Source: Candidatus Woykebacteria bacterium (GTDB lineage Bacteria; Patescibacteriota; Microgenomatia; Woykebacterales; RBG-16-39-9b). From it: DNA of 64,000 bases. This document shows, piece after piece, positions 40,304 to 51,583 of this stretch. The notes beneath the pieces are model-generated. The model did no database searches. It had not been told where the DNA came from and worked only from the letters and a program-made list of their open reading frames with translations. Each line of letters opens with the position of its first letter. Position 1 is the stretch's first letter. The translations under genes were made by a program, and so were the position numbers. Where the stretch lies: contig JBBDPM010000006.1 in NCBI GenBank assembly GCA_040876345.1, forward strand, positions 6,803 through 70,802, written 5' to 3'.

Positions 40304-42823
40304 ATGGCTGAATCAAACGAAGAAACCCCTCAGGAACCAATTGAAAAAAGCAATCTTGGAAAAATCGCCCCGGTTGAAATAGTCGACGAGATGCAGCGCT
40401 CGTATTTGGATTACGCCATGAGCGTTATTGTTTCTCGTGCGCTACCAGATGTAAGAGACGGCCTCAAACCAGTCCACCGGCGAATTCTTTACGCTATGCA
40501 CGAGATTGGTCTTACTCACAGCGCAAAATACCGAAAAAGCGCTACTGTCGTGGGAGAAGTGCTTGGAAAATACCACCCTCATGGTGACAGCCCAGTTTAC
40601 GACGCCCTAGTGCGCCTTGCCCAAAACTTTGCCATGCGTTACCCACTTGTTGACGGTCAGGGAAACTTTGGCTCAGTGGATGGGGATCCGCCAGCCGCCA
40701 TGCGTTACACTGAGGCTCGCATGGCCGAGATTGCTAATGAGCTTCTGGATGACCTTGAAAAAGACACCGTAAACTTTGTCGACAATTTTGACGCTACCCG
40801 CAAAGAACCAAACGTTCTTCCTGGAAAACTTCCAAATTTACTACTCAACGGCTCGGCTGGAATTGCCGTCGGCATGGCTACCAACATTCCGCCTCATAAC
40901 TTAGTCGAAGTCTGCGACGCCATAATTTTTTTGATTGACAATCCCGAAGCAGACGTTGAACAGCTAATGAATTTTATAAAAGGGCCAGACTTTCCTACAG
41001 GTGGGGCAATTTTTGACATTAATGAGATAACGGCTGCGTACGCTACGGGCAAGGGAAGAATTGTCATGAGGGCAAAAGCCGAGATTGAAGAAGACCGAAT
41101 GGGTAAATTCAAAATTATCGTCTCAGAGATACCATACCAAGTAAACAAATCACTTCTAATTGCCAAGGTGGCCGATTTAGTAAAAGACAAGAAGCTGGAT
41201 GGAATTTCGGATCTCCGGGATGAATCAGATAGGCGCGGGATGAGAATTGTATTTGAACTAAAGAGGGATGCCAAACCAAAAAACCTACTAAATCAACTAT
41301 ATAAACACACCGCCATGCAGCTTGCCTTCAACGTGAACACAGTTGCTTTAGTTAATGGCACTCCGCAAACCCTGACTCTTAAACAAATCTTGAGCGAATA
41401 CATCCGCCACAGGCAAGAAGTTGTCATTAGACGAACCAAATTTGAATTAGAAGCTGCTAAAAGACGGGCTCACATCTTAGAGGGGTTGAAAATCGCCTTA
41501 GATCATCTTGACGCGGTTATAAAAACTATTAGGGAGTCGGCTAATGCAGATATAGCCAGAACCAACTTGATGGAAAAGTTTAAACTGACTGAGATTCAAG
41601 CAACGGCTATTTTGGATATGCAACTTCGCCGTCTTGCCGCCCTTGAGCGAAAACAAATTGAAGATGAGTATAAACAGGTTTTGAAAACTATCGCTCATCT
41701 GGAGGATCTTCTTGCCTCTCCAAAAAAGATTCTGGCGGTGATAAGTAAGGAACTTACCGAGATCAAAGAAAAATACGGTGACGAGAGAAGAACAAGAGTC
41801 TACAAACAAGGTGTAGGGGAATTTTCCGAAGAAGATCTCATCCCCTCTGAACAAGCCATTGTGACTGTAACCAAAGAGGGCTACATAAAAAGAAGCCCGA
41901 CCTCAACTTTCCGCACGCAAGCCAGAGGTGGCCGAGGAGTAAGTGGTCTCACCATGAAAGATGAAGATCAGGTAGCCAATATTTTTTCGGCCAACACTCA
42001 CGATTCAATTATGTTCTTTACGAACAAAGGAAAAGTGTATCAACTCAAAATATATGATCTTCCGGAAGGATCCCGCTTTTCTAAAGGTCAGGCAGTAGTT
42101 AATCTTATCGAAATCGAACAAGGAGAGATGGTAACTTCGATAATTAATATTCCCAAAAATATCAAAACTGGCTACTTGTTCATGGCTACAAAAAAAGGAA
42201 TTGTGAAAAAAACGGATATTAAGGAATTCGCCAACATTAGGCGAAGTGGAATTATCTCCATAAACCTAGCCAGCGGTGACGAACTCTCCTGGGTGACTAT
42301 GACCGGGGGAACAGACAATATAATAATGGTAACCAAGACGGGTATGTCTATATACTTCTCCGAGAAAGACGTGCGAACCATGGGTCGGCCAACTGCCGGT
42401 GTTCTCGGAATACGGTTGAAGGAGGGTGATGAGCTGATCAGCATGGATAAGGCGACTAAAGACCATCTTCTTCTTGTGGTAACCCAAAAAGGTTTTGGCA
42501 AGAAAAGCAGGCTATCTGACTGGCCCTTGCAGAGAAGGTCTGGCTCCGGTGTTAAGGCGGCCGAAATTGTAGCGCGAAACGGGAAAGTAGTTGGCGGTAT
42601 TATCCTGGAAAAAGAAGATAGTGACTTTATAATAACTTCACAGGGAGGCCAAGTTATTAAATCCCCCCTAAAAGGAGTCCCCACTCTTACAAGACAAACC
42701 CAAGGAGTAATTCTAATTCGGTTGGCAAAGAAAGATGATGTGGTAGCTGCCGTTACTTCAATATCTAAAGAGCCAATAGAACAAGAGAAAAAGGAAGCTA
42801 AAAAACCAAGAGGCGAGGCTTAA
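40304..42823 (+). CDS. gyrA: DNA gyrase subunit A
   Basis: [13 protein letters not shown], catalytic Tyr in [11 protein letters not shown]-terminal beta-pinwheel repeats. Confidence 0.92.
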   Translation: MAESNEETPQEPIEKSNLGKIAPVEIVDEMQRSYLDYAMSVIVSRALPDVRDGLKPVHRRILYAMHEIGLTHSAKYRKSATVVGEVLGKYHPHGDSPVYDALVRLAQNFAMRYPLVDGQGNFGSVDGDPPAAMRYTEARMAEIANELLDDLEKDTVNFVDNFDATRKEPNVLPGKLPNLLLNGSAGIAVGMATNIPPHNLVEVCDAIIFLIDNPEADVEQLMNFIKGPDFPTGGAIFDINEITAAYATGKGRIVMRAKAEIEEDRMGKFKIIVSEIPYQVNKSLLIAKVADLVKDKKLDGISDLRDESDRRGMRIVFELKRDAKPKNLLNQLYKHTAMQLAFNVNTVALVNGTPQTLTLKQILSEYIRHRQEVVIRRTKFELEAAKRRAHILEGLKIALDHLDAVIKTIRESANADIARTNLMEKFKLTEIQATAILDMQLRRLAALERKQIEDEYKQVLKTIAHLEDLLASPKKILAVISKELTEIKEKYGDERRTRVYKQGVGEFSEEDLIPSEQAIVTVTKEGYIKRSPTSTFRTQARGGRGVSGLTMKDEDQVANIFSANTHDSIMFFTNKGKVYQLKIYDLPEGSRFSKGQAVVNLIEIEQGEMVTSIINIPKNIKTGYLFMATKKGIVKKTDIKEFANIRRSGIISINLASGDELSWVTMTGGTDNIIMVTKTGMSIYFSEKDVRTMGRPTAGVLGIRLKEGDELISMDKATKDHLLLVVTQKGFGKKSRLSDWPLQRRSGSGVKAAEIVARNGKVVGGIILEKEDSDFIITSQGGQVIKSPLKGVPTLTRQTQGVILIRLAKKDDVVAAVTSISKEPIEQEKKEAKKPRGEA

Positions 42824-44055
42824 GGGATAGGAAATTTCGAGGATAGTGAACGGGCTTCTTTCAAGACCTCACCGTAAACTTTTTCATTACCAAGATTATT
42901 GACCACTTTAACGGTAAGCTCTCCAATTGTTCTCATCTCTTTCTCCCTCATCCCTCTCGTTGTTACAGCTGGTGTGCCAAGTCGGATGCCACTTGTTACA
43001 AATGGTGTACGGGTTTCGCGCGGCACTGTATTTTTGTTTGAAATTATCCCGCTCGCTTCAAGAGCTAAAGAAACTTCCTTGCCGGTTGGTCCCTCCGACC
43101 CAAGGTCAACAAGTACCAAGTGATTATCAGTACCACCACTTACAAGGCGCAGACCTCCATTAGTCAAGCCCTCAGCCAAAGCTTTAGCATTCTTAACAAT
43201 TTGTTGGCCATATTTTTTGTAAGAGGGGGTTGAGGCCTCCTTTAAGGCCACAGCGATCGCGGCGGTAGTGTGATCGTGCGGACCTCCCTGAAGGCCAGGA
43301 AATACTGCCTTATCAATCTTTTTGGCAATCTCTTCATCATTTATCAAAAGCATCGCGCCACGAGGACCCCGCAGTGTTTTGTGAGTAGTTGTCATTATTA
43401 CATCTGCAATTCCAACAGGGCTGGGATGAACACCGGCTACTATCAAGCCAGTAATATGAGAGGTGTCTGCTAAAAGGTAAGCTCCAACTTCGTCGGCAAC
43501 CCTGCGAAATTCCTTCCACTCTACAATCCTTGGGTAAGCCGTAAAGCCGCAAACGATGACTTTTGGCTTGTGCTTTTTGGCAAGGGATAGTATCTCGTCA
43601 AAATTTAATCTTTCTGTTTCTTTGTCCACTTCGTAGCCGATTGCACTAAAGATTTTTCCAGAAAAATTAACTGAGGCGCCGTGGGTTAAGTGCCCACCAG
43701 ACGTCAGCGACAAACCCATAATTGTCTCACCTGGCTCAGTAAGTGCCATGTAAGCTACTTGATTTGCAGGAGAGCCAGAGTAAGGCTGGACGTTGGCAAA
43801 GTTAACGTCAAAAAGTTTCTTGGCCCGTTCAATTGCCAATGATTCAACTTCGTCTACCCATCTATTCCCAGCGTAATAACGCTTGTGGGGGTAGCCTTCT
43901 GAGTATTTATTGGTGAAAACACTTCCGGTGGCCTCCAAAACTGCCCTGGAAACATAATTTTCCGAAGGTATCAGGTTAATATCTTCAGCTTGACGTTTCT
44001 CTTCTTTTTTTATAATGTCAAAAACTTTGGGGTCGAAGAATTCGAGGCCTTTCAT
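42820..44055 (-). CDS. glyA: Serine hydroxymethyltransferase
   Basis: PLP-Lys motif [13 protein letters not shown] and SHMT N-terminal motifs. Confidence 0.92.
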   Translation of the reverse strand: MKGLEFFDPKVFDIIKKEEKRQAEDINLIPSENYVSRAVLEATGSVFTNKYSEGYPHKRYYAGNRWVDEVESLAIERAKKLFDVNFANVQPYSGSPANQVAYMALTEPGETIMGLSLTSGGHLTHGASVNFSGKIFSAIGYEVDKETERLNFDEILSLAKKHKPKVIVCGFTAYPRIVEWKEFRRVADEVGAYLLADTSHITGLIVAGVHPSPVGIADVIMTTTHKTLRGPRGAMLLINDEEIAKKIDKAVFPGLQGGPHDHTTAAIAVALKEASTPSYKKYGQQIVKNAKALAEGLTNGGLRLVSGGTDNHLVLVDLGSEGPTGKEVSLALEASGIISNKNTVPRETRTPFVTSGIRLGTPAVTTRGMREKEMRTIGELTVKVVNNLGNEKVYGEVLKEARSLSSKFPIP

Positions 44056-44150
44056 GTTACCAGGCTACCACAAGAAACCCCAAAAAGCAATTTACTTATT
44101 AAGACTTATAGTGTATAATACTTTCATTCTAGTAAGAGAGGAGGTGAAAC

Positions 44151-44480
44151 ATGGAAACACCGAGAAGTTTCCTCTACCTGGCACTGCTGCACCACGGCAA
44201 GTTACTGGTTGAGCGTTTGGATGTTAGGGAACGTACTCCCGCAGCCGTAGCCCTAATCGCTCACTGGTACCAGATAGGGGAGATAAGCAGACAGGACGAG
44301 GAGTCCCTATTCAATTGCTGGAGGGAGCTTTCCTTGCACGTCTTTGCTTGTAGTAAAGATAAAGAGCAGAGACGTGAGGAAAATCTCGTGACTAGCCGGC
44401 AAGACTTTGCGGAAGTTCTAATATCTGGATACGCGGAGTTCCGCAAATGTCTTGATCAACGCCTGGCCAAAGCTGCCTAG
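44151..44480 (+). CDS. Hypothetical 109-aa protein (GC-rich island)
   Basis: Very strong RBS GAGGAGGTG 7 nt before the ATG. Followed by a 9-bp hairpin GCGGTGTTG/CAACACCGC. Confidence 0.5.
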   Translation: METPRSFLYLALLHHGKLLVERLDVRERTPAAVALIAHWYQIGEISRQDEESLFNCWRELSLHVFACSKDKEQRREENLVTSRQDFAEVLISGYAEFRKCLDQRLAKAA

Positions 44481-44652
44481 GGGGATCAAAAAAGTTCGGC
44501 GCACAGGTCGGGCGGTGTTGGCTGGTATTTGGGAGCAACACCGCTCAAACTCTCCATTAACACCTGATTTTTAACTATTTTAGCTAGGTATAAGATGCCT
44601 AACGCAAGATGCGATAATACCTGAGAATCCGAGAAGCTCGAAGGTTTCGAAG

Positions 44653-45579
44653 TTATAGAGCAATCTTATTCCCGGAGTGAAAAGCTTTATGAACCTCTTT
44701 TAACTGTTTATTCGTTATGTGGGTATAAATCTGGGTTGTGGAAATATTTGCATGACCAAGCATTTCTTGAACACTGCGTATATCCGCCCCGTTTATCAGA
44801 AGATCAGTTGCAAACGAATGCCGAAGGGTGTGCGGAGTTGCCTTGATTGGAATTTTTGCCTGTTTAACGTATTTCTCAAGTATCCGCTCAATTGAACGCG
44901 GCGACAGCCTCATTTTTTCACCACCTCTGCTTGGGTCTTCCTTGCCAGAATAGCGAATAAAGGCTGGTTTAAAAGGGTCCTTCCTCTGGCCAAAATACTT
45001 TGCCAGCCACTCTTTGGCGGCATCTGATAAGAAAACAATCCGCTCCTTCCTCCCTTTCCCGACCACTCCAAAGTCACCTTTATCTAAGTTAATTTGGTCT
45101 CGATCTAGTTTTTGTAGCTCTGAAACACGCAAACCAGTAGAGAAGAGGGTCTCAAGCAAAGCTTTGTCACGTACACCTTCAATTTTAGAAATATCAGGCG
45201 CGGACAAAAGTCTATCCAAATGTTCGTCATCCAGCACCTTAATTGGCCGAGGCTCTTGCTCACCAAGTTCGATTTTTTCGGCGGCCAAAGTCTCGATATC
45301 GTGCTTGGCAAGGTAGCGAAGAAACGCTCGCAAAGCGATAATAAAATAATTTTGGGTGACTCGTTTTAAGGAAAGGCCGGTTTTTTCATCTACGTAGCGG
45401 GCAAGGAAAACTCGGTATTTGCGGACCATCTCTTGGTCAATCTCCTTTGGGTCAATATCTTTCGCGAAAGATAGGAAGCGCCGCAGGTAATGGTCATAGT
45501 TACGAATTGTCAGCTGAGAAGCGTTCCTTTCAATCTCCAAATATTCTAAAAAATCAGTGATAAGTTTGGACAGTTTCAT
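44653..45579 (-). CDS. xerC: Tyrosine site-specific recombinase, XerC/XerD-like
   Basis: C-terminal R..HxxR..Y catalytic box (HTLRHSFATDLL...LGHANISTTQIYTH). Confidence 0.85.
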   Translation of the reverse strand: MKLSKLITDFLEYLEIERNASQLTIRNYDHYLRRFLSFAKDIDPKEIDQEMVRKYRVFLARYVDEKTGLSLKRVTQNYFIIALRAFLRYLAKHDIETLAAEKIELGEQEPRPIKVLDDEHLDRLLSAPDISKIEGVRDKALLETLFSTGLRVSELQKLDRDQINLDKGDFGVVGKGRKERIVFLSDAAKEWLAKYFGQRKDPFKPAFIRYSGKEDPSRGGEKMRLSPRSIERILEKYVKQAKIPIKATPHTLRHSFATDLLINGADIRSVQEMLGHANISTTQIYTHITNKQLKEVHKAFHSGNKIAL

Positions 45580-45644
45580 AGATAGTATTATAACATATTG
45601 TGCGACGCAAAAACACTTCTTAAACCTGCTATAATACGCAAACG

Positions 45645-46217
45645 ATGGGTAAGATCTTTGACCACATTTTAAATAGAAACCTTGCTCACGTGACTAGATT
45701 TAATAATCGACCCCAGCATTTTCCAGAAAGTGTTGCTGAGCATTCCTTTTACGTTGCCTACATTACTCAGGTGCTTTGTTGGCTTTTGGAGGAGCGGAAA
45801 ATTAAGGTTGACACCAAAAAAGCGCTGCAGATGGCCTTAATTCACGATCAAGAAGAAGGCTTTAGCGGGGATATTTTGAATCCTTTTAAGCACTTTAATC
45901 AAAAAGTTTACAACGCAATCAAAGAAGTGAACAAGGAAACAATTGGCATGATGTTTGAGGATTTACCGGAAAAGACAGCCGAGGATTTTGTGGCTCTTTG
46001 GCGTGAAGAAACAGAGAGGGCTTCAATTGAATCTCAAATAGTAAAAATTGCCGACATTCTATCTTTAATATCCAAATGTTATGAGGAAATAGAAGCCGGC
46101 AATAACTATTTTTCGCAGATTTATAAAAAAGAGCTTAAAAATTTGAAAACGCTGGAATATTCTTGGTGGAAGAAAATCCGCGATCAAGTCCTCTCCGGAG
46201 CAGTGAAGCAGGCTTGA
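45645..46217 (+). CDS. HD-domain phosphohydrolase (YfbR-like 5'-deoxynucleotidase)
   Basis: H..HSFYVAY...HD(QEEGFSGD) HD motif. Confidence 0.7.
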   Translation: MGKIFDHILNRNLAHVTRFNNRPQHFPESVAEHSFYVAYITQVLCWLLEERKIKVDTKKALQMALIHDQEEGFSGDILNPFKHFNQKVYNAIKEVNKETIGMMFEDLPEKTAEDFVALWREETERASIESQIVKIADILSLISKCYEEIEAGNNYFSQIYKKELKNLKTLEYSWWKKIRDQVLSGAVKQA

Positions 46218-46590
46218 TGCTTAACCTCATTTAACCAATCAATTTCGCCCTATAGTGTTGAAAAGCCTGTCACGGTATGTTAAAATCTTTATCGGATGCC
46301 CGGCTACAATTGTGCTGAGGGACTGACCAGTCGCAGCTCCAGCTTAGGCCTATTAAAAAATATTTTTAGGCCGAACCGATGGCAGAGGGCAACTTCTGTG
46401 CAAAGGGAAGGACTGGCGCCGGGCAAACCTTCACCGACTCCGTCTTCGTCGAGTCTGGCTCGATTAGGACGTGCGTTGGAAGGGTGGGTATGAGAAAGTT
46501 CACGAACCGAGAATTCAGCACCGACAACGCTGGATACGCTTGGCCAATCGTGATTCCGGATCACGACTCCTCTACCACCCCGCCTCATTT

Positions 46591-47775
46591 TTAAGAACCA
46601 ATTATTAGCAAAGTAGCAAGCACTACAGAATCTTTCCCAAACTTTTCTCTTAAAACATCAACTCTTTTCTCAAGCTCTAATCTTTTTTCACGGACTGATT
46701 CGAATAATAACGGCTGAATTACTCCGTCGGGCCCAGTGTTAAATTGAGAAACACCGATTCCAACCAACCTGAGGGGAGTTTTTCCGTCCCAAAGTTCTTT
46801 TAATAAGGTTTCGCCCATCTCATAAACTTCTTTCGTTATGTTGGTTGGGTAGGGGAGTACTCTTTGGCGAGAAACAGTCCGAAAATCGGCGTAACGAATT
46901 GTAACGTAAACGCATCGCCCAAGATATTTTTCCGACCTTACCTCTTCACCAACTTTTTCTACTAGTTTCTGCAGCATCGCCAAGATAAATTTTAAATCAT
47001 TACTATTTTTCGCAAAAGTTTCGCTGCGGGAAACTGATTTGGCTTCCACCCGAGGTATAAACCAAATTGTATCTTCGCCGTTGGCAGAGTGCCAAAGATT
47101 AATCGCAACTTGTCCCCAGGCTTTAATTTTCCCATAAGAAACACAGGCTAACTCTCCCAAAGTTATGACACCTAGGCGGTGAAAATACTCTTCCATTTTT
47201 CTACCAATTCCTGGCAGTTCTATAATAGGTAGGGGAGAGAGAAATTCTTTTTCGGCTCCTTTTGGCACGTAAGTTAACCCATCGGGTTTTTGAAAATCAG
47301 AAGCAACTTTAGCAACCACTTTAGTTGAAGCGATACCAATTGAGGCTGTAATCCCAACTTCTTTTTTGACTTCGTCTTTTATTTTCTTTGCCACGCTAGT
47401 CAAATCCGAATAAATCAAATCAGTGTTCGAAAAATCAAGAAAAGCTTCATCAATCCCAATCCGCTCTACTTTCGGAGCGTACCTAGCTGCTATTGAAAAA
47501 ACTGCATCGGACACTTTTATATATTCTTCGTAGTGACCACCTACAACAATGCAAGATGGACAGAGCCTCAGAGCTTGGAAAAGAGGCAGGCCGCTTTTTG
47601 CCCCGTACCGACGGGCTTCGTAAGAAGCAGTTGCCACAACCCCGCGGGGGACGCTTCGACCGTGTGGATCCACCCGACCAACCAAAATTGGTTTCCCCAG
47701 CAAAGAAGGGTTAAGTTTTTGCTCAACACTGGCAAAAAAAGCATCCAAGTCTAAGTGCATCCAAGAAGAGCGTGT
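46591..47775 (-). CDS. dinB: DNA polymerase IV (Y-family); true start probably the internal Met at 47775
   Basis: HLDLDAFFASVE catalytic motif; palm, fingers and little-finger order. Confidence 0.85.
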   Translation of the reverse strand, partial: TRSSWMHLDLDAFFASVEQKLNPSLLGKPILVGRVDPHGRSVPRGVVATASYEARRYGAKSGLPLFQALRLCPSCIVVGGHYEEYIKVSDAVFSIAARYAPKVERIGIDEAFLDFSNTDLIYSDLTSVAKKIKDEVKKEVGITASIGIASTKVVAKVASDFQKPDGLTYVPKGAEKEFLSPLPIIELPGIGRKMEEYFHRLGVITLGELACVSYGKIKAWGQVAINLWHSANGEDTIWFIPRVEAKSVSRSETFAKNSNDLKFILAMLQKLVEKVGEEVRSEKYLGRCVYVTIRYADFRTVSRQRVLPYPTNITKEVYEMGETLLKELWDGKTPLRLVGIGVSQFNTGPDGVIQPLLFESVREKRLELEKRVDVLREKFGKDSVVLATLLIIGS

Positions 47776-48120
47776 CATAAGTATATTCTCCGAAATATAT
47801 ACGAATAAGTCAATTCGGACAAAGTGGATCAAAATAGTAAAAACTTAACATGGTTAGCTCAGACAACAAGTCTGAGCGCAGCACGCGAGAGTACTCTAGC
47901 CCATGAAATGGTCGCAGAGCGACTAGTGAGGTAATTTAGTTACGGAACGTGATATAATCGCCGCAGCCGGAAGTAGGAGAGTAGACCTGGCAACCGGGAT
48001 GACCCAGGAAAGTGGTTGAGGTCTCTAAGTCAATCACGGCTGACTCGGGAATAGGGGACCCGCGCCTTAACCGCAAGCGCAAAAAACCAACGAAAGCCAC
48101 GCACATTCACACTGGAGGTA

Positions 48121-49440
48121 ATGATGCAACTAACGAAGCCGAGAAACCTAGAACGGGTGGTTGTCACCGGAATGGGCGGAGAAACACCGCAAGGTGACTT
48201 AGAGCAAACCTGGGCGTCGGTGCTTGGCGGAAAGAGTGTAATCAAGCCCGTTGTCTACTCCATCCAGACACCAACCGAAGTGGGAAACCGGGGCAGAATC
48301 AAAAAACGAACCACCGTCAGGGAAGAAGTCTATCTAACCGCACCCCTGCCAGATGGGTGGGACAACGAACTTGACCCCAAAGACAAGAGAAGGACCGATG
48401 TCAACGGTCAGCTTCTTGTCTTGGGCATCGGCCGAGCCCTGAATTCAGCTTGCCTAACCGAGCGCGATCGAACTGATGTCGGTCTCATCACGGGCACCAA
48501 TCTGGTCTTCACCGAGTACAACGTCGACCAGATCGAGTGCTACATTCACTTTGGTGTAGCTGACCCATTGGCAGCAGCCAAAGTGATGATCAACAACGCC
48601 GCTGGCTACGGCGCAATTCGCTACGGTCTTGGCGGCCCCAACTTCGCCCTCTCCTCCGCTTGCGCAAGCGGTAGCATGGCGGTGGGGGAAGCGTTCAGAA
48701 AAGTCCAGTACGGGGACGCGCCAATCATGTTGGCGGCTGGAGTTGAAGGTGCCACTCACCCACAGAACCTCTACGCTTTCGAACAGGCAAAGGCCTACTC
48801 CACATCCCTCGATAAGGGAGCGGCAGCGAGTCGTCCCGGAAGCTGTTCTCGGGATGGGTTCGTAATGGGAAACGGCTGCGTCGTGCTCGTCCTCGAGTCT
48901 CTCAACTCGGCACTCGACAGGGGAGCGCCAATTTTGGCGGAAATCATTGGCTACGGCAACACAGACGATAAGGACAGCCTCTACGACCCTCCTGAAGATG
49001 GCGAAGGTCTCAAAAGAGCGATCATCAGATCTTTGCAAGACGCAGAGATCTACGATCAGCTCGCGGAGATAGCCGACCAATGCTACTACAACGGCCACAC
49101 CACAGGAACGCCTAATGGAGATAGCGCCGAACTGATGGCTATTAGGGACGCCTTCGGCCCAAAGGCCGTGAGGATGCTCAAGATGAGCTTCACCAAGAGC
49201 AGTACAGGCCATCTTCTCGGTTGTGCTGGTGCCCTTGAAGCTGCTCTGTGTGTTATGGTCATCCAGGACCAATTGATCCCACCAACCATCAACCTGGACG
49301 ATCCTGACACAAAGCTTGGTGGTCTCCAGGTTGTCAAAGACAACCCACTGGCAGCGACCATCAACTACACGATTAGTCCGTCTGCCGGCTTTGGCGGTCA
49401 CAACGGGTGCGTCGTTATCAGAAAGTGGAAAGGGGAGTAG
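48121..49440 (+). CDS. Stand-alone beta-ketoacyl-ACP synthase (FabF/KAS-II-like), GC-rich
   Basis: RVVVTGMG, active-site Cys SSACASG, His motifs NGHTTGTPNGD and GHLLGCAG. GGAGG 7 nt upstream. No other fab genes adjacent. Confidence 0.8.
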   Translation: MMQLTKPRNLERVVVTGMGGETPQGDLEQTWASVLGGKSVIKPVVYSIQTPTEVGNRGRIKKRTTVREEVYLTAPLPDGWDNELDPKDKRRTDVNGQLLVLGIGRALNSACLTERDRTDVGLITGTNLVFTEYNVDQIECYIHFGVADPLAAAKVMINNAAGYGAIRYGLGGPNFALSSACASGSMAVGEAFRKVQYGDAPIMLAAGVEGATHPQNLYAFEQAKAYSTSLDKGAAASRPGSCSRDGFVMGNGCVVLVLESLNSALDRGAPILAEIIGYGNTDDKDSLYDPPEDGEGLKRAIIRSLQDAEIYDQLAEIADQCYYNGHTTGTPNGDSAELMAIRDAFGPKAVRMLKMSFTKSSTGHLLGCAGALEAALCVMVIQDQLIPPTINLDDPDTKLGGLQVVKDNPLAATINYTISPSAGFGGHNGCVVIRKWKGE

Positions 49441-49520
49441 TAGGGATTGAAAGGATAGGGAGCAACGCTCTGCTGGTGTGCGCCTAACGGCCTGGCAGTA
49501 CCCAGTAGAGCGTCTCCACT

Positions 49521-50315
49521 TTAAGTCTTAGACTTTCTCCACCTTGAATCAAGCGCTTCTTGTTCACTACAAAACCAACGCTCACCCTTACTCTCATCAA
49601 TCACTATCTTGTCGTAATATTTTTGGCCGAGTAAATGATAAATTTTCTCGCCAGAACTTGATATATTTCCTTTTATTAGGCATTGGCCAGACTGAGACTG
49701 AGTCTGATAGGTAGGATTAGTAACTCCAACAGCGTCGCATACTCCCCAAAGACCCTTATTATTTTCTCGAGCAAATTTTTCAGCTTTATTAAAACGATCC
49801 TGAAGTTTTACATCTGGTGGATAAGGGGAAGAATGAGCAAAACCTTCTTTAACCAAAATTTCGTTCATCAAAGTATCTCCAACCCAGATATAACGAAGAA
49901 GTCTCCCGTATTTGTCAGTCTCAGAAATGTCTTTTTCCAGCTTTACCTTTTTACCCTCAACCAAACTTCTATTTTTGGCAGTTGCTTCTTTTCCAAAGCA
50001 TTGTACCGACTTTCGGGGATCTACGGTTTCTGGTGTATCAATACCAATATAACGCACTTTTTGCCCACCCTCAAGCTCAACAGTATCTCCATCGACTACT
50101 TTTGTTACTAAAACCTCATCCCCTTTAGGAGAAGACAACCCATCAACATCAGTACCTGAGGGTGGGTTAAAAGTTTGACCACCCACTTGACCTCCAATTT
50201 CTTTCTTTACTATTTCTTCGGTTGTCTGTCGTGATAGTGAAGAGGAAACAAGAATAGTAGCGCCAAAGACTATTAACAGTGTGGAAATGAACGCCAAATA
50301 ACCTTTACTTTTCAT
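49521..50315 (-). CDS. Membrane-anchored thermonuclease (SNase family) with C-terminal Cys-containing module
   Basis: N-terminal TM. SNase motifs VVDGDTVEL...RYIGIDTPE...RLLRYIW. Confidence 0.75.
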   Translation of the reverse strand: MKSKGYLAFISTLLIVFGATILVSSSLSRQTTEEIVKKEIGGQVGGQTFNPPSGTDVDGLSSPKGDEVLVTKVVDGDTVELEGGQKVRYIGIDTPETVDPRKSVQCFGKEATAKNRSLVEGKKVKLEKDISETDKYGRLLRYIWVGDTLMNEILVKEGFAHSSPYPPDVKLQDRFNKAEKFARENNKGLWGVCDAVGVTNPTYQTQSQSGQCLIKGNISSSGEKIYHLLGQKYYDKIVIDESKGERWFCSEQEALDSRWRKSKT

Positions 50316-50359
50316 AAAGCGCCTTCAAGTATAACCCCACTTGTTCCGCATAGCAAACT

Positions 50360-51022
50360 ATGCTAATAATTAGTAAATACGTGGGTGAACAAATAAATTT
50401 CACGACAGCAGATGGTGTAAGTATTTCGGCATCATTTGTACAATCTCCAACCCCTAAAAATACAGTGGTACTTTTGCTTCACCAACTGCGGAAAGACAGA
50501 TCCATCTGGGACGCTCTTGTGCAAAAGCTCGCTACCTCTGGTTTTTCTTCACTAGCGATTGATTTTCGAGGCCACGGTCAAAGTGGTGGTGGTAGCTGGG
50601 AAGACTTCAGCGATGATCAATTTAAAGCGATGATAGGAGATGTCGAGGCAGCCGGAAGATATTTGAAGGAAAGGTTACCCTCTTCAGAAATAGCGATCAT
50701 TGGCGCAAGTATTGGTGCTAATCTCGCCCTGAATTATGCCGTTAAAAATGAGGTTTCTAGAGTTGTGCTTTTATCCCCAGGTCTATCTTATCATGGGATA
50801 ACCACCGAAGAGGCCGCTTCAGGGCTTTCCAAACCCCTTTTTGTAGCCGCAAGCTCAGATGATCCCAACCCTGCTATGGACGCCATGAAAAGAATTGAAG
50901 AGCTAGCCATGACGCCAGATTCTTTGTTAAAAGTAGTCACTTATTCTGACGCCGGCCACGGTGTAAATATGTTCTCTAAGTATCCCCAGCTTCAAGACGA
51001 AATCGTGCTGTGGCTCAAATGA
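50360..51022 (+). CDS. Alpha/beta hydrolase
   Basis: Nucleophile elbow GASIG; Asp/His in the C-terminal part (DAGHG). Confidence 0.7.
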   Translation: MLIISKYVGEQINFTTADGVSISASFVQSPTPKNTVVLLLHQLRKDRSIWDALVQKLATSGFSSLAIDFRGHGQSGGGSWEDFSDDQFKAMIGDVEAAGRYLKERLPSSEIAIIGASIGANLALNYAVKNEVSRVVLLSPGLSYHGITTEEAASGLSKPLFVAASSDDPNPAMDAMKRIEELAMTPDSLLKVVTYSDAGHGVNMFSKYPQLQDEIVLWLK

Positions 51023-51495
51023 AAAAGGAAAATTTTCCTCTCATAATCCTAGCACTCCTTATAATACTTCTTTTAACAATAGGTGTTTTTATAGTCTCGT
51101 TTTTACCAAAAAAGCAGGAGACCGCAACTAAACCCCCAACTGTGACAATTGGAGGCAAAATAATAAACGTGGAAGTTGCGGATTCGCCGGAAGAGAGAGA
51201 AAAAGGTCTATCTGGACGAGATTACTTGGGAGAAGGCGCTGGAATGATTTTTGTCTTTGAGGAAAAAGGCTACCCGACATTTTGGATGAAAAGTGTTAAA
51301 TTCCCATTGGATATGGTTTGGGTAAATGAAAACAGAATTGTAGATATTACTCACAATGCTAAAGTAGAGGAGAAGAGCAGCAATCTCACTATTTATAAAC
51401 CGAAAGAATCTGTTAACTACGTTTTAGAAGTAAAGGCTGGCTTTACCCAAGAAAACAATATAAAAATCGGTGATTTAGTTGAACTTGTCTTGTAA
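51010..51495 (+). CDS. DUF192 family protein
   Basis: N-terminal TM, then VEVADSPEEREKGLSGRD...GMIFVF...PLDMVW pattern. Confidence 0.7.
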   Translation: MAQMKKENFPLIILALLIILLLTIGVFIVSFLPKKQETATKPPTVTIGGKIINVEVADSPEEREKGLSGRDYLGEGAGMIFVFEEKGYPTFWMKSVKFPLDMVWVNENRIVDITHNAKVEEKSSNLTIYKPKESVNYVLEVKAGFTQENNIKIGDLVELVL

Positions 51496-51583
51496 AAACC
51501 CGATTGACTAAATAGTAGAAAACAGGTTAAAGTTTATATAGCTTTTTTAAAACAAATCATATCTCTAAAAGGAGGTGATTTTA

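Noticed and set aside
46290-46590. Protein-coding call for the 71-aa and 94-aa ORFs on the small island between the HD-hydrolase and dinB
   Set aside because: Neither has a convincing RBS, and the two overlap on opposite strands. The clearest feature is a bidirectional hairpin GGCCTA-N14-TAGGCC at 46338-46368. I left it uncalled.
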